A stretch of DNA of 64,000 nt from positions 2,232,001 to 2,296,000 of the forward strand of contig OZ116710.1 of NCBI GenBank assembly GCA_964199315.1. The letters are read 5' to 3'. Of this stretch, positions 1 to 11,891 are shown one piece after another (position 1 is the first letter of the stretch; each line of letters opens with the position of its first letter). The position numbers were made by a program, and so were the translations under genes. The DNA comes from Orbicella franksi (Eukaryota). The notes beneath the pieces were generated by a model. The model searched no databases. It saw nothing but the letters and a program-made list of their open reading frames with translations, and was not told the origin of the DNA.

Positions 1-11
1 CCATTAAAGGT

Positions 12-80
12 CTGTTGTAAGTAAACTACGTGACGGTGAATGTATCGTCGAAAAAAACCTCATCAGGCCTGTCTCAACAG
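12..80 (-). ncRNA. Degenerate type I hammerhead ribozyme motif
   Basis: Minus strand reads CTGTTG-AGAC-AGGC CTGATGA GG(T)7CGAC GATA C..G TA GTTT-ACTTA-CAACAG. The GAAA core is mutated to GATA and stems II/III are imperfect. Confidence 0.35.
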
Positions 81-769
81 TTGATTCCTGATCCGGTCCG
101 CGCAACCGAAGAAACAGATGCGGCCAAAGTTCAAGTTAGCCGAAGTTTACTGGCGTTGAATTTTGGCAGCTGGACAATACAAGTAACAGGCGAATCAGTC
201 TGAAATTATGCTGAAATGAACACTGAAATTTTGTTAAACTTAAATTCTACATTCTACATTCTTAAATTCTACATTCATCGGAGGGTAAACGTGAAGGCAT
301 AAGAAGTATTCTTTGACCTCTGCTCCTTGGAAAACAAATCAACTTGCTCCATACTGTAGCTGGGAGAAATAAACGGGTTTCCCCTAACTAAAATAACAAA
401 AGTGTAGGCAACGTTTAACAACATAAAAAGCGATCTCTGGTGCTATTTTACGTAAACATGACTACGCTCTGGATGAAAAAAATCTTTGCTTTTTTGAAGG
501 GTCACCTGCAGAGCCCCTCACTGAAATGGCATAACAGGTTGGGGCTGGTACTAATCTAATGCCTTTTGAAGTTATAACTAATAACGCGACAGAAAGATAG
601 CTGGACAATATTACGAACGTTACAATGATCACGCTCATGCTAGTGAGCCCGGAAAGGCTGAAATATGTTTGTTGTTCTCAGGTACACTTTTCACCTACTA
701 CGAAGCAAAGATATTTATGCATAATATTAACAACCAAGTTATATTAACAATCAGTTCGTAAAGGAAAGG

Positions 770-1098
770 CCCGGGGACGGAGGAATGCCATATAAAAGGG
801 ACGGGGGTACTTGTCGGAAATTTGGAAAACAAAACCCTACGAGGTACCAAGATCCTGTTTCGTGGGCGTGGCTTGAGATGTTTTTCACCCCTAACAAGTA
901 CCAGATCTAAAATAACACTTTATCTCCTGTCATATATTATTCGGCTCAATACCTTAAAAGATAGCACAAAAGCTCCTGCAGTGGTCCTTTTGGGCTGAGC
1001 ACCTTAACAGGCACCAAAACCGCGCTTTTAACCCCTAAAAGGTATGACGAGCAACCCAGTCCTTTTTATATGGGAGTCCCCCCCCCCCCCCCGGGGGG
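770..1098. mobile_element. Non-autonomous DNA transposon (MITE) with CCCGGGG termini
   Basis: Imperfect TIRs (CCCGGGG..ATATAAAAGGGACGGG / CCCAGTCCTTTTTATATGGGAGTCCC..GGG). It interrupts a block whose paralog at 2735-3060 lacks it. A related fragment lies at ~48830-48950. Confidence 0.75.
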
Positions 1099-1849
1099 AA
1101 GAAAGGTCGCAAAACAAGTCTTTGTGCCGACAAACGGCACCTGGTCACTTATGATATCACAAAATGTCTCCACAAGAGACAGTGTTTATTAATTACATTT
1201 CAATGTTTAAATGGCATTTAGACAAGCTCACTGAGAAATAATCAAGCTGTTCAACAGTGACTGTCATTGTATAGTATGGCAGGAGTTCATTACATATGGA
1301 AGCTCCGGGTGATGGTTAATCTTTTCTACATGGTGTTTGTGCGATCTCCGTTCAAGCTTTTGGGTCTATAAAAGAAAGTCATACCATTCTTTTATACTTC
1401 TACATGATTTTCATGCTCAAAATTTCTTCTTGAATTTCATTCCTCTAAATTTCAAGCTCTCTTGCGCATCCTCTTTGATACACTTCTACTTGACACACGA
1501 GAAAATCAAACAAAGAGGTTAAGCTTGTAACTGACTTTCTATAGCGATTGGAAAAACCTTCAGCACCATTTCGTCAACCTTAAAAATTTCATTAGCTGAA
1601 TATTTATTGAACATTTCCTACCCTCCTTTTTCCCGTCAGTTTTAATGTCACTTCACACGATTTCCTAAGAATAGTAAACATCATTAATTTAGAGGGATTC
1701 CCAAATCGCGATGAAATTAAATCACTACTAAAATAATATACATCATACATATTATACTATGACAGCAAAGATATTCTCAGTTTCAGGCAGCAAAAAGACC
1801 ACCCGGTTGCAAATTGAGCTTAGTCGAGCGTGGTGTAGTATATGTAGTC

Positions 1850-2065
1850 AGTGGTGCATGAAGTGGAATTAGTGATTGTTGTAGTTGTAGGGGAAATGGT
1901 GCAGTTCGTCAGGTATTAGAATTAGTGATAGCTGAAGCTCTATAGTATAAATAGTGTTAGTTAAAGTTTTAGCAGTGTAGTTAGCGGCTTTATTGGTGAA
2001 CTTCGCAGTTGCATTGGAAATGAATCGAGGATAGTCGAAGTTGCAGGGGAAGTGGTCCACGGCAC
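1850..2065 (-). repeat. CA-rich (ACT/ACA) satellite-like repeat, arm next to copy 1
   Basis: Reverse complement resembles the caactgcaccacttcc..caactacaac units at 5440-7090. Confidence 0.6.
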
Positions 2066-2084
2066 CTCCGAAGTTATTGTTGAC

Positions 2085-2672
2085 TTAACTGGATTCAATG
2101 CACTGTATTTTATAATTGCTATTCAAGTTATTGTCCCAAAACTCTTGACCGCCAATGCAATAACGAATCGCAAATTTAATTTCTAGATCGACGGCAGAAT
2201 CCATTGGAACTGTAACACGAAACCAGAACTTATCCGTTTTTCCATCCATGCTTGAGGAGAGATAATCCGCCCAAATATCTCGATAGGACTTCCAGTTATC
2301 TGGCGTGAATCTCACTATCACTTCTTTAGCGAAACCTATGTTAGTTACTCGAATACTTCCAGTAACAACAGAGTAATGGCATACAATGCTTTCGAGGCAA
2401 ACATTCTGACTGTAAACACGTTCGAAGAAAGAGCTTGTTTTATAAGGCTCGGTAAAACTTGGAGACAAGTACTTCCCTAATGGTTGTGGACTTGGCAAAC
2501 TTCGGCTGTAGTTGTTGTTGACGTTCCACAAGTTACTGGTGTAAATGTTAACATAATCTTCTCCACTGTGTGGTGGAATTATTTTTACAAATTCGAGCGT
2601 GAAGCCAGCCGCATCTGCAAAGGAAACTCTCTTCTTGATCTTAGACATACAGATGCTGCTTATTTCATTCAT
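2085..2672 (-). CDS. PPP1R3: Glycogen-targeting PP1 regulatory subunit, copy 1 (195 aa, intronless CDS)
   Basis: KKRVSFADAAGFTL is an RVxF PP1-docking motif. CBM21 motifs: GSIRVTNIGFAKEVIVRFTPDNW, DKFWF, KFAIRY, EFWDNN..NY. First real ATG (MNEISS) is at 2672; the ORF-track start at 2699 is TTG. Symbol is family-level only. Confidence 0.93.
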   Translation of the reverse strand: MNEISSICMSKIKKRVSFADAAGFTLEFVKIIPPHSGEDYVNIYTSNLWNVNNNYSRSLPSPQPLGKYLSPSFTEPYKTSSFFERVYSQNVCLESIVCHYSVVTGSIRVTNIGFAKEVIVRFTPDNWKSYRDIWADYLSSSMDGKTDKFWFRVTVPMDSAVDLEIKFAIRYCIGGQEFWDNNLNSNYKIQCIESS

Positions 2673-3769
2673 CCGCTTTCGCTTGATACGATCCGTCAAG
2701 TGACTTTTGGATAAAGTGAAGCTTTGCGTTTACAATACATCTTTTTGAAGGGTTCACCCACAGAGCCACCGACTCAGCGCCGTGGCGTAACACGTTGGGG
2801 CTGGTACTGAGATACAATGCCTTTTGAACTCATAACTCCCATATAGCTAACACACAACGAGAGTTGTACAAAAATTACGAACGTCGCGACTAACTCATGT
2901 TAGTAAGCCCGAAAGGAGCTAAAATATGTCTGTTACTCTCAGGTGCACGACTCGCTTGCCACGCAGCAAAGATATTTTAAAATGCTGAAAACTAACAACC
3001 AAGAGGTTATCAGTTCATGAAGCAAAGGTCGCAAAACAATTCTTTGTGTTGACAAATCACACTCATCACTTATCACTAATCGCAACAGATCACTTTGAAA
3101 TAGATCTAGTGTATCCTGCAATATAGGAAAGAAGCACACTATTACGAACGATGTTGAAGTCGCATTTAAACAGGCGCAGAAATAATCAGTTTAGTTGTTA
3201 TTATCATATATATTAGGTTAATGTTCTGAAAGGATGTTTGTGATTTCGTTTTAAAAGTCAGAAATATGTTCAATTTCGTGGTGTGCGAACATGCGCATTT
3301 GATACGTTTTAAGTGCATAACAGGAAGTACTCATATCACACTTTTAAGTACTGCCACATGACTCACGATATCGCATTTTCATTGGCAACTGTTCAATTGA
3401 ATGGTTCCAACGTTCAAGCCTTCTCATTTCCATTTCACGGCATCTACTACAGACAACGGAAATTGGCTTTGGTTACCATGTCATCGGCCTTGCCTGTTTT
3501 TACCAGCTTACTTCAGCACCTGAATATGTAATACCCTCCTTCTCCTCCACACCCCACCCCCTCCACTCCGTTTAATGCTTTTTCAGTGAGAGGAAGTAAA
3601 CAAAAATAACAAAAACACAAGATATGGCCTATGTGTAGGCTCTCGTACGTTGCGGTACAAGCAAACAGGTAAGCCGAAGCGGGCCAGGCCCCGACTCGCT
3701 CCCCACGCCGACTCGTCTCTCGCGTCCTCTCCTTCTACGCGTACGGGTCTCCGCAGCCGTTGTTAAACC

Positions 3770-4790
3770 TTGGTAGAGTGGAGTTACATACTGGTAACTT
3801 AGTACACAGAAATAGTGCTAGCAGTTGTAAATGCTAGAGAAGTTTATATATGATGTTAATGAAAGTGGCATTGGAGGAATTTTTTGCATGGGAAAGTAGT
3901 AAAATGAGCTGATACAGTTTCAGCTGTGGAAAAGGGGTGGAACTAGAAAGTCATTGTGTTATTTGTAGAAGTAATAGGAGTTGCTCAAGTTTTGAATTTG
4001 ATCATAGTTGCAAAGACGTTTTAAACTGAGGTAGTGGTAGTGGAATAGTTATAGGGAACGGAGACTTAAAGTTGCCGCAATCTAAAATCAATCAAATCTT
4101 CGAATATCCGTTGGCTACATTCGGGCTATATATAAGTCAGCACGATCCGAAATATCTGACTCTTAACTTGCATGATTCCATTTCAGCCCTTCTTTCTATA
4201 TTGTTGGGACTCAAAATCCTGAATTAATTTTCATAATTACTAAATCTAGGGCTGTCACTTGTTTCACTACCAAAAACCATTTGTTCCATTTCTGCCACTA
4301 ATTCCACTACGGAGCCACCACAGCCAATACAACTAACTATATAACTTACTCCAACTCCACCAAACCAAACATTGTCACTACAACTATCACTTCCTCTCCT
4401 ACAATCAACCTCAACTCTATACCACATTTACTCCATAACTGCCAGAACAAGTCGATGTACCACTATCACCATTATGGCAATTCAATTGTCATCTGACTGC
4501 CATTATGTTCAATTAGCATAGGCACTAATTCCACGGGAACTAGCGCCCTAAATGCCTTTACAACTCAGTAGCGCTATCACTAAATCCACTACCTCTTACT
4601 ACAAGTAGTATAGTAGCAAATCATGAATTAAAGTTGAAGTGACCATTGCGCAGCTACTTCTACTGGAAAACGCACAGGTAGTTGTGTAGTTAATAACAGT
4701 AATGAAACAGTGGCAGCTGTTTGGTCATTGGTAGTTGAATGGCAATTGGGGAAGTTGCAGCAGCAGCAACAGTAGTAGTAGTATCGCAAC
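3770..4790. repeat. CA-rich satellite-like block with internal inversions
   Basis: GT-rich at 3770-4070, CA-rich at 4205-4610, GT-rich at 4610-4790. The 4270-4790 segment is homologous to 6700-7255. Confidence 0.7.
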
Positions 4791-5039
4791 GTTCGAAGAA
4801 AACAATAGTGAAGAGGCTGGTTAGTAGCTAGCGATATGACGTTCTGTCATGCACTATTTCATTGACAACGTAAATCACAAAGAAAATATTCACAGAGCGT
4901 CGTGCTTCAAAAAGAAATTACTTGACGGTATTTGTCTGACAATCATCGTGTCCATAAAAAAGACACTCAGTGACACTCATTTCGTCTGAAGCCGGGAAAG
5001 CCTTCTTAGGGTGTCTTAAGTCACTATTGACATGTTATA

Positions 5040-5410
5040 ACTGTATCGATTTTTTAATTTCAATTCAACTGAAGTTATTCAGTATCCCCAATGCAAGAAC
5101 GAATCGCAAGTTTAATTTTTAAATCGACCGCAAAATCCAATATAAAACCAGAACTTATCGGTTTTTCCATTCATGTATGCTTCACGAGAAACATTCCGCC
5201 CAAATATCTCAATAGGACTCCCAGTTATCTAGCATGAATCTCATCACATCTTAAGCGAGACCCCAGGCTATGTTTGTCACTCGAATGCTTCCAAAAACAA
5301 CAAAGTCATCTCATACAATGCTTTCGAGACAAACATTTTGACTTTAAACACGCTCGAAGAAAGAACTTGCACGATTCGGTAAATCACGGAGACAAGTTCT
5401 TTTTTCTCAG
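5040..5410 (-). pseudogene. PPP1R3: PPP1R3 pseudogene (copy 2), CBM21 part only, 5'-truncated
   Basis: Aligns by eye to copy 3 (8130-8530). Reads NLSP*FTESCK..FFERV*SQNVCLESIV*DDFVVFGSIRVTN..DNWESY*DIWA..GKTDKFWF, with several stops and frameshifts. The N-terminus and RVxF are replaced by CA-rich repeat. Confidence 0.88.
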
Positions 5411-5429
5411 TCTAGAACCAAACCGGAAA

Positions 5430-7255
5430 CGACCACTAACTGTGACACTTCTACAGCAACTACAACCACCAGCATTTCCATTACTACTAACTTAAACTAA
5501 ATCACGTCCACAACAACTACAACTATCACAATTCCATTACAACTAATAACTGCACGATTTTCTCTACAACTACAGCTATCACCAGTTAATTCCACCACCA
5601 CTAACTGCACCACTTCCACAACAACTGCAACTATCAGCAGTTCCACTAACACTAACTTCACCACTTCTACAACAACTACAACTATCACAATTCCACCACC
5701 ACTAACTGCACCACTTCCACAACAACTACAACTATCACAATTCCATTACAACTAATATGACTGCACCATGATCTCCACAACTACAGCTACCACCAGTTAA
5801 TTCCACCACCACTAACTGCACCACTTCCACGACTGCAACTATCAGCAGTTCCACTACCACTAACTTCCCCACTTCTACAACAACTACAACTATCACAATT
5901 CCACCACCACTAACTGCACCACTTCCACAACAACTACAAATAAAATAAATAAAAGACTTTATTTAACCTGAAAGGCCAATCAGTAATCACTGGATCACTG
6001 GTATTAACTGGCGATCAGCATTTACATATAAAATACAGCTATTCATAAAATTGTACTTTAAAAAAAAAAAAAAATCATGAAGATATATATAGTACACGTT
6101 TACATTAAAAATTACAACCATTGTGGAGATTATGTAAAAACAAGCATTTAAAAAGAAGAGCAGCAACAACAAACAGACAAGCAAAAAATTGAACCTAATT
6201 TACGGTACATACATGATTGATACGGTCTTGATCCATAAAATGCTTTAAAATATGTGTTTTAAACTTGGAAAGAGTAATTCCACTACCAGCAATTCCACTA
6301 CCACTAACTACCACTAACTCCACCACTTCTACAACAACTACAACTATCAACCGCATCATCTCCCCTAAAACAAAAACTGTATCACCAATTCCATTACCAC
6401 TAACTACACAATTTCACGACAACTACAGCTATGGGCAAGTCCACTAACTGTACTACTTCCCTTACAACTACAACTAAACTTCACAACAACCACTCTCTGC
6501 ACCACTTCCCGAGCAACTACAAGTATCACTAGTTCTACTGCATCTCCGCAACTAAAACTATCACTGGCTCCTTTACCAGCTGCATCATGGCCACTAAATC
6601 TGCAACCACTTATTCTACTGCCATGCACCAACTCCATCACTGTCAACGGCTACAAATGGAAATAACACCAATTCCACTATCACCAGCTGAGCTTCACCGC
6701 TGGTGATACTGAGTGGATTAGTGGTAGTTCCATTCGTAATGGCAGTGATGGAGTTGGTGCCAATACAACTAACTACATAACTTACTCCACCTCCACCAAC
6801 CCAGTCAGTGTCACTACAGCTATATCTCCTCTTTCCCTACTATCAACTTCTTAACCGACATTGCCCTTACAGCTACCTCAGCCGACAATAATTCCAATAC
6901 CACATTGTTACATAACTGCCAAAATCAAATACATGTACGACGGGCAGCAATAATTCCACTGTCACCTTAACACTGTCATTATATTCAGCTACCACATGCA
7001 GTGGCACAAAGTCCACTGCAACTAACGCCCTGACGTGACCTTTACAACGCAGTAGCGCTGACCACTATGCCACTTACTACAAGTAGTAGAGTTGTGGTAC
7101 AATGGTAATAGTACAGTTAAAGTTGAAGTGACCACTGTGTAGTTACTTCTCAGTACTGGAAAGTGTACAGGTAGTTGCGTGGTTAATAGTAATGAGGCAG
7201 TGTATTTGGTCAGAGGCAGTTGAATGGCAATTGGGGAAGTTGCAGTAGCGGTCGT
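5430..7255. repeat. CA-rich satellite-like block including a 50-bp tandem array at 5512-5940
   Basis: Monomer aacaactacaactatcacaattccaccaccactaactgcaccacttccac; the period is exactly 50 between 5671 and 5721. Interrupted by AT-rich DNA at ~5940-6270; strand switch near 7080. Confidence 0.85.
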
Positions 7256-7451
7256 AATATCTCTTTTAAACATGACCATATTGAATTATTACAGCATTGC
7301 ATAACTCTCGAAGTTGGTTGAATTACTTTATTTTATGTTGTTCATACGATGTTACTGAAAGATAAACTTCCCAGGAAAACGTTCATAATGGACACGAAAA
7401 ACTGGCCGACGGAAGCCGAGCTTCTTGGTAGTTTGTAAAGGAAGATATCTG

Positions 7452-7697
7452 AGGCCCCATTAGGGGTTTTAGGGATACGGGATATTTGCGAAAAAAAATT
7501 ATAGGGATACGGGATATTTCGGGGAAAAATTATAGGGATACGGCATATTTAGAAAAGAAAGGGTGGGATATCGAACGTCAAAGTTTTCTTTTTTGACAGA
7601 ATACAAACTACAGGAATTAATGGGATACGGGATATTTGGGACAAAAATTATTGGGATACGGGATATTCAGATCCCCCCCCCCCCCTTAATGGGGCCT
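7452..7697. mobile_element. MITE with internal GGGATACGGGATATT repeats
   Basis: TIRs AGGCCCCATTA(G)GGGG / CCCCTTAATGGGGCCT and five near-copies of gggatacgggatatt. It lies within an ~650-bp insertion absent from the paralogous flank at 4790. Confidence 0.8.
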
Positions 7698-8128
7698 TGT
7701 ATCTGGTAAACATAATGGCGAAAATCGTATCGATGTCATACTTGTCATTAATATTGCGTGAAATTGTTTTCTTAATCTGTCAAATACGTATTTCGGACAC
7801 TAGAAACAGGAAAGGAAATAAATTTCGTTCTCAATTTGATTTGACTATGAATACCGTGACTAATCTCCCGACAACGTGTCGGTGAAAATCGCAATTCTAT
7901 AGTTACATCGTACGAGAAAAACAATAATGAAGAGGCTGGTTACTAGCTAGCGATGTGACGTGCTGTCATGCACGATTTCATTGACAACGTAAATCACAAA
8001 GAAAATATTCACAGAACACCTTGCTTCAAAAAGAAACTATAGACGGTATTTGTCTCACTATCATCGTGTCCGTAAAAAGGTCACTTAGCCGCATCGGTAT
8101 GACTATATATTTTATATTTCGCTTGAAA

Positions 8129-8719
8129 TTATTGACATGTTTCAATGAATTGTATTTTATAATTTCTATCCAAGTTATTGTCCCAAAACTCTCGGCCGCC
8201 AATGCAATAACGAATCGCAAATTGAATTTCTAGATCAACCGGCGAATCCACTGGAACTGCAATACGAAACCAGAACTTATCCGTTTTTCCATCCATGCTT
8301 GACGAGAAATAATCCGCCCAAATATCTCGATAGGACTTCCAGTTGTCCAGTGTGAATCTCACTGTCAGTTCTTTAGCAAAGCCTATGTTTGTCACTCGAA
8401 TAGTTCCAGCAACAACAAAGTCATCGCATACAATGCTTTCGAGACAAACATTCTGACTGTGAACACGCTCGAAGAAAGAGCTTGTTTTGCACGGCTCGGT
8501 AAAACACGGAGACAAATTCTTTCCTCTCGGTCGTGGACTGGGCAAACTTCTGCTGTTGTTGTTGTTGACGTTCCACACGTTACTAGCACAAATGGTAGCA
8601 TTATCTTCGCCACTGCGTGTGGGAATAGTTTTCACGGATTCGAGCGTGAAGCCAGCCGCATCTGCAAAGGAAACTCTCTTCTTGATCTTGGACATAGAGG
8701 TGCTGCTTATTTCATTCAT
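8129..8719 (-). CDS. PPP1R3: Glycogen-targeting PP1 regulatory subunit, copy 3 (196 aa)
   Basis: KKRVSFADAAGFTL plus an intact CBM21; close paralog of copy 1. Homology with copy 1 starts only ~22 nt upstream of the MNEISS ATG (8719), so the longer 285-aa track ORF is probably not the true start. Confidence 0.93.
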   Translation of the reverse strand: MNEISSTSMSKIKKRVSFADAAGFTLESVKTIPTRSGEDNATICASNVWNVNNNNSRSLPSPRPRGKNLSPCFTEPCKTSSFFERVHSQNVCLESIVCDDFVVAGTIRVTNIGFAKELTVRFTLDNWKSYRDIWADYFSSSMDGKTDKFWFRIAVPVDSPVDLEIQFAIRYCIGGREFWDNNLDRNYKIQFIETCQ

Positions 8720-8880
8720 CCGCTTTCGCTTGATACGATCCTTCCACTGACATTGTGAGTCGGTCTGTCCGTCAGTCAAGATCTTAGCTAGAAATTCGAC
8801 GCCTACGCTTGTTCGCCTCGTTCTTTGTCTGGTGGTGTAAAAGCCGGTATCGCGTTGTTGTCGCTTCGGATTGAAATTGG

Positions 8881-8888
8881 TGACGTCA
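8881..8888. promoter_or_regulatory. CRE palindrome TGACGTCA upstream of PPP1R3 copy 3
   Basis: Perfect 8-mer ~160 nt upstream of the ATG. Confidence 0.55.
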
Positions 8889-11800
8889 TTGCCGGAACGA
8901 CGAACTTGAGCGAAGGCTACACACATATACACATAAAAAAAGTGTGCTACAGAACAGCTATCTTTGCAACCGAGAGAGGCAAACATTTCAGGGATTACGA
9001 ATGCAACACCACATAAACGGCTACAACTCAGCTATTGACCTGATTAATATATCTGGACCCTTCGTCGATTAATATGAGCGCGTTCCGAGTTACCTTTGAG
9101 TTACTATGTCTTCAGCTTCCTCGTACAATTGAACAGATTCAGTGACTTACAGACAGTAATTGTCAATTTAATACAGGCCGCTCTATTCAGTTCTAAGGTT
9201 CTCCGTATGCACCTAGGGCTGTGGAGCAGGTGAACAAGTAAAGAAAAATTTAAACCCTGTTCGACAGACAATGCCAGCAATCGGTTTCAACGGTTTCCAA
9301 AAACGTTAAACAAGGGATTTGAAACCTTGCTGGAAGGTCTCTGAGTTCATATCGCCTCATCAAAAGTATAAATGTTTATATGCACGGAAACATCCTTGTA
9401 TAAAATTAACTGACAGGAGTTGCAACTGATTGATCGATTTTGTGCGAATTTATTGGGAAACAGACTATAAAAATCAGAGGATTACGGTAACACTGTAGGA
9501 AATTTTTGGACTGAAAAAAAAAAAGATAATCTTTTTGGGTTGTTTTGTTGGTGTAATCGACTCTCATCTTTGATAACATGTGAGTGTCAATATAAAAACT
9601 GGCTGAAGATTTCTTACTTAAACTTGTTCCAGATACTTTGATAAGAGCTGAGAGTTCAGAGATGTTCGTTTTGATTTAGCCTCGCTCAATATAAATTCAA
9701 GATGTCAGTTCCTTTTTGCGATTGCTGCAATTTCTTTCAATGCTTCTTAATATAAGTTGTGTGAATATGATGGTTCATAGCAACAATGTATTCCTATTCT
9801 CCTATATCAGTCTTCTCGGGTCTGCTAATAATCCAGAGACAACATGTAAGATCGCTATTTGAAGAGACTGAGTCAGATCAGTGTAGATACTGAAAATCTC
9901 TTCAGTAGAGCACAGAAGTAAAGATATAGCAGTACGTTCATTCTCAGCTGACTTTAATACAGCTTTCGAATTTCTTTGTTAAATTGACCCTACCATAGTT
10001 TCGCATGTGGTATCAGCCTACAGCCAGTAATAAAATGTTCTTTAGAGTGTACGATGAGACGTCATCGTTTTCTTGACAGTACTTTGTTTTCTGATGTAGT
10101 TCTGCATGCGATCACTTGTCTCTCCATTGCTGCCGTTATTCTGGGAAGTTGCTAGTTTTCCCTCGTCACATTTGAAGGTTCATGTTTGTTTTTCTTGTAC
10201 CTTTACTGACAAGTCGTCAGTTGACATTGCTAGTACTGTATTTATTGTGTATTCATTTTGTTTCAATTGCCGCACGTATTCCGACACCGTTTTCATGAGT
10301 CTAAGGACAATTTTTTCATATTTCGAATTGATTGCTTTCTTGCGAAAAAATTGGACGTCGATTGCACTTCGGAAGGGATACTATCTCACACGGTTTTGAC
10401 TCGGCTATCAAAGGCTTGGTCGCTTCATGGTCGTTCGTGACGAAACCACGTGGAACGATCGATATAATAGAGAAAGCAAACCACAACGGTAACGGCACCA
10501 AACAATAGGCTTAATGAGTACGGCAATGGCTGTGCACGTGCGTTAGCAACCTTTGTACCTTTCCTCTGGAAAACAATAACGTGAAATGACTAAGTTCTGC
10601 GTATTTTGGAGAACGCAAAGGATGGTGGCGAACTTTTTGTCGTCTTATTTGGAATTGAATGCTGGCGTTACATATTTAGCTTGAGCTTGTTCTGAGACCA
10701 CTAGGCACGCTGAACAGATCTAGACAATTGCGAAATTCGAAGGTAAAATTAAATTCATTTTTTTTACCAGGCGTTGTCCCTGGGGTCTCCGTCATCAATG
10801 CTTAAGCTCTCTACTAATTCCACTTGTACCGCGAGAAATTTTTACGTTGCATTAATTATATTGGCTGCCGGATCTTTGCTGTTCTACGCTTAATTTCACG
10901 GTATAACAAATATTCCTGTTTTCTACATTTATGACTCATGGAGCATAATAAAGTGTAATCAAAAGTGGCTAATGAGTTGGAATTTTATTTTAACTCTAAA
11001 AAGATATTAACTGGCTATTTATCCAAGCCTATGCAGTTTTTCCTGTTCGGTCTGCAAGGCCAAGTATCACAGTATTTGGCTCCAACTAATTAAATTTAAG
11101 AAAACCAAATGACATAATTCATCGATTACAATTTACATGCATTTCCATAAGTTGTTTTCTGAGTCGGATCTGTGATTATAATCCTTGAGTACATTGTCTT
11201 GCCTGACCAACGTTTTTAGTCTCTATTTCTTGTCATCGACATACTGTAGGACCTATGGTTTGGTTTTAATACTCGTTTAAAAAACTGAGAAGATCAAACC
11301 CCCGGGATAATTTTTTTCCAGCCAGCAGTTTTTTTCTGCTAAACAAAAACATTAAGAAAATGTTTTAGCGAGGCAACAGATGTTACATAATAGCTAAGTT
11401 GTTCGTTTACAATTCCACACGGAAGGTCGGTGTTGAGGATAGTTGCACCAAATTTTTCTCCTAGATGTTGTTTTCAATTGCCTTGTGTTCAACGAAGCAT
11501 GTTCTACTAATTATAGTGGAACCCGGTCCAAGATGACGAACCTCAGGGGAAAAAATGTAAAAAAGCCACCAAATTGTCCGCGCTCTCTTCAGTTATTTTA
11601 AAACGCATAGACTGACTTGTCACGTAACTCCGCAAAGCGAAAACATCAACCCACAGACGTTTGGCATCATGACAAATTCGTTATATCTGGGCTGCTCCAT
11701 TTTCTCTTGATATTGGCATTCCTTTTTACGGTTTCGTGTAAATGCAAGGCAAAGAAAACAGTTAATAGTGAAATTTTAAATTTCACAATCATTTCAATAT

Positions 11801-11891
11801 ATTTGTACTCATCGAGGTTTGGTCAAATTCGCTCGCACGAAGATTACCATCTTTCCTCAGTTCAGTTTGTTCTGTTTCTGTAACGATGTTT

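Noticed and set aside
5274-7279. Thr/Val-rich ORFs suggesting a mucin-like gene
   Set aside because: The repeat period is 50 bp (not a multiple of 3), frames are short and broken, and orientation flips.
8720-8986. 89-aa N-terminal extension of PPP1R3 copy 3 in the ORF track
   Set aside because: It begins at a non-ATG codon, is not shared with copy 1, and spans the CRE-containing promoter-like region.
9400-10100. Possible fossil retroelement coding sequence
   Set aside because: I could not read any convincing RT or endonuclease motif; left unannotated.
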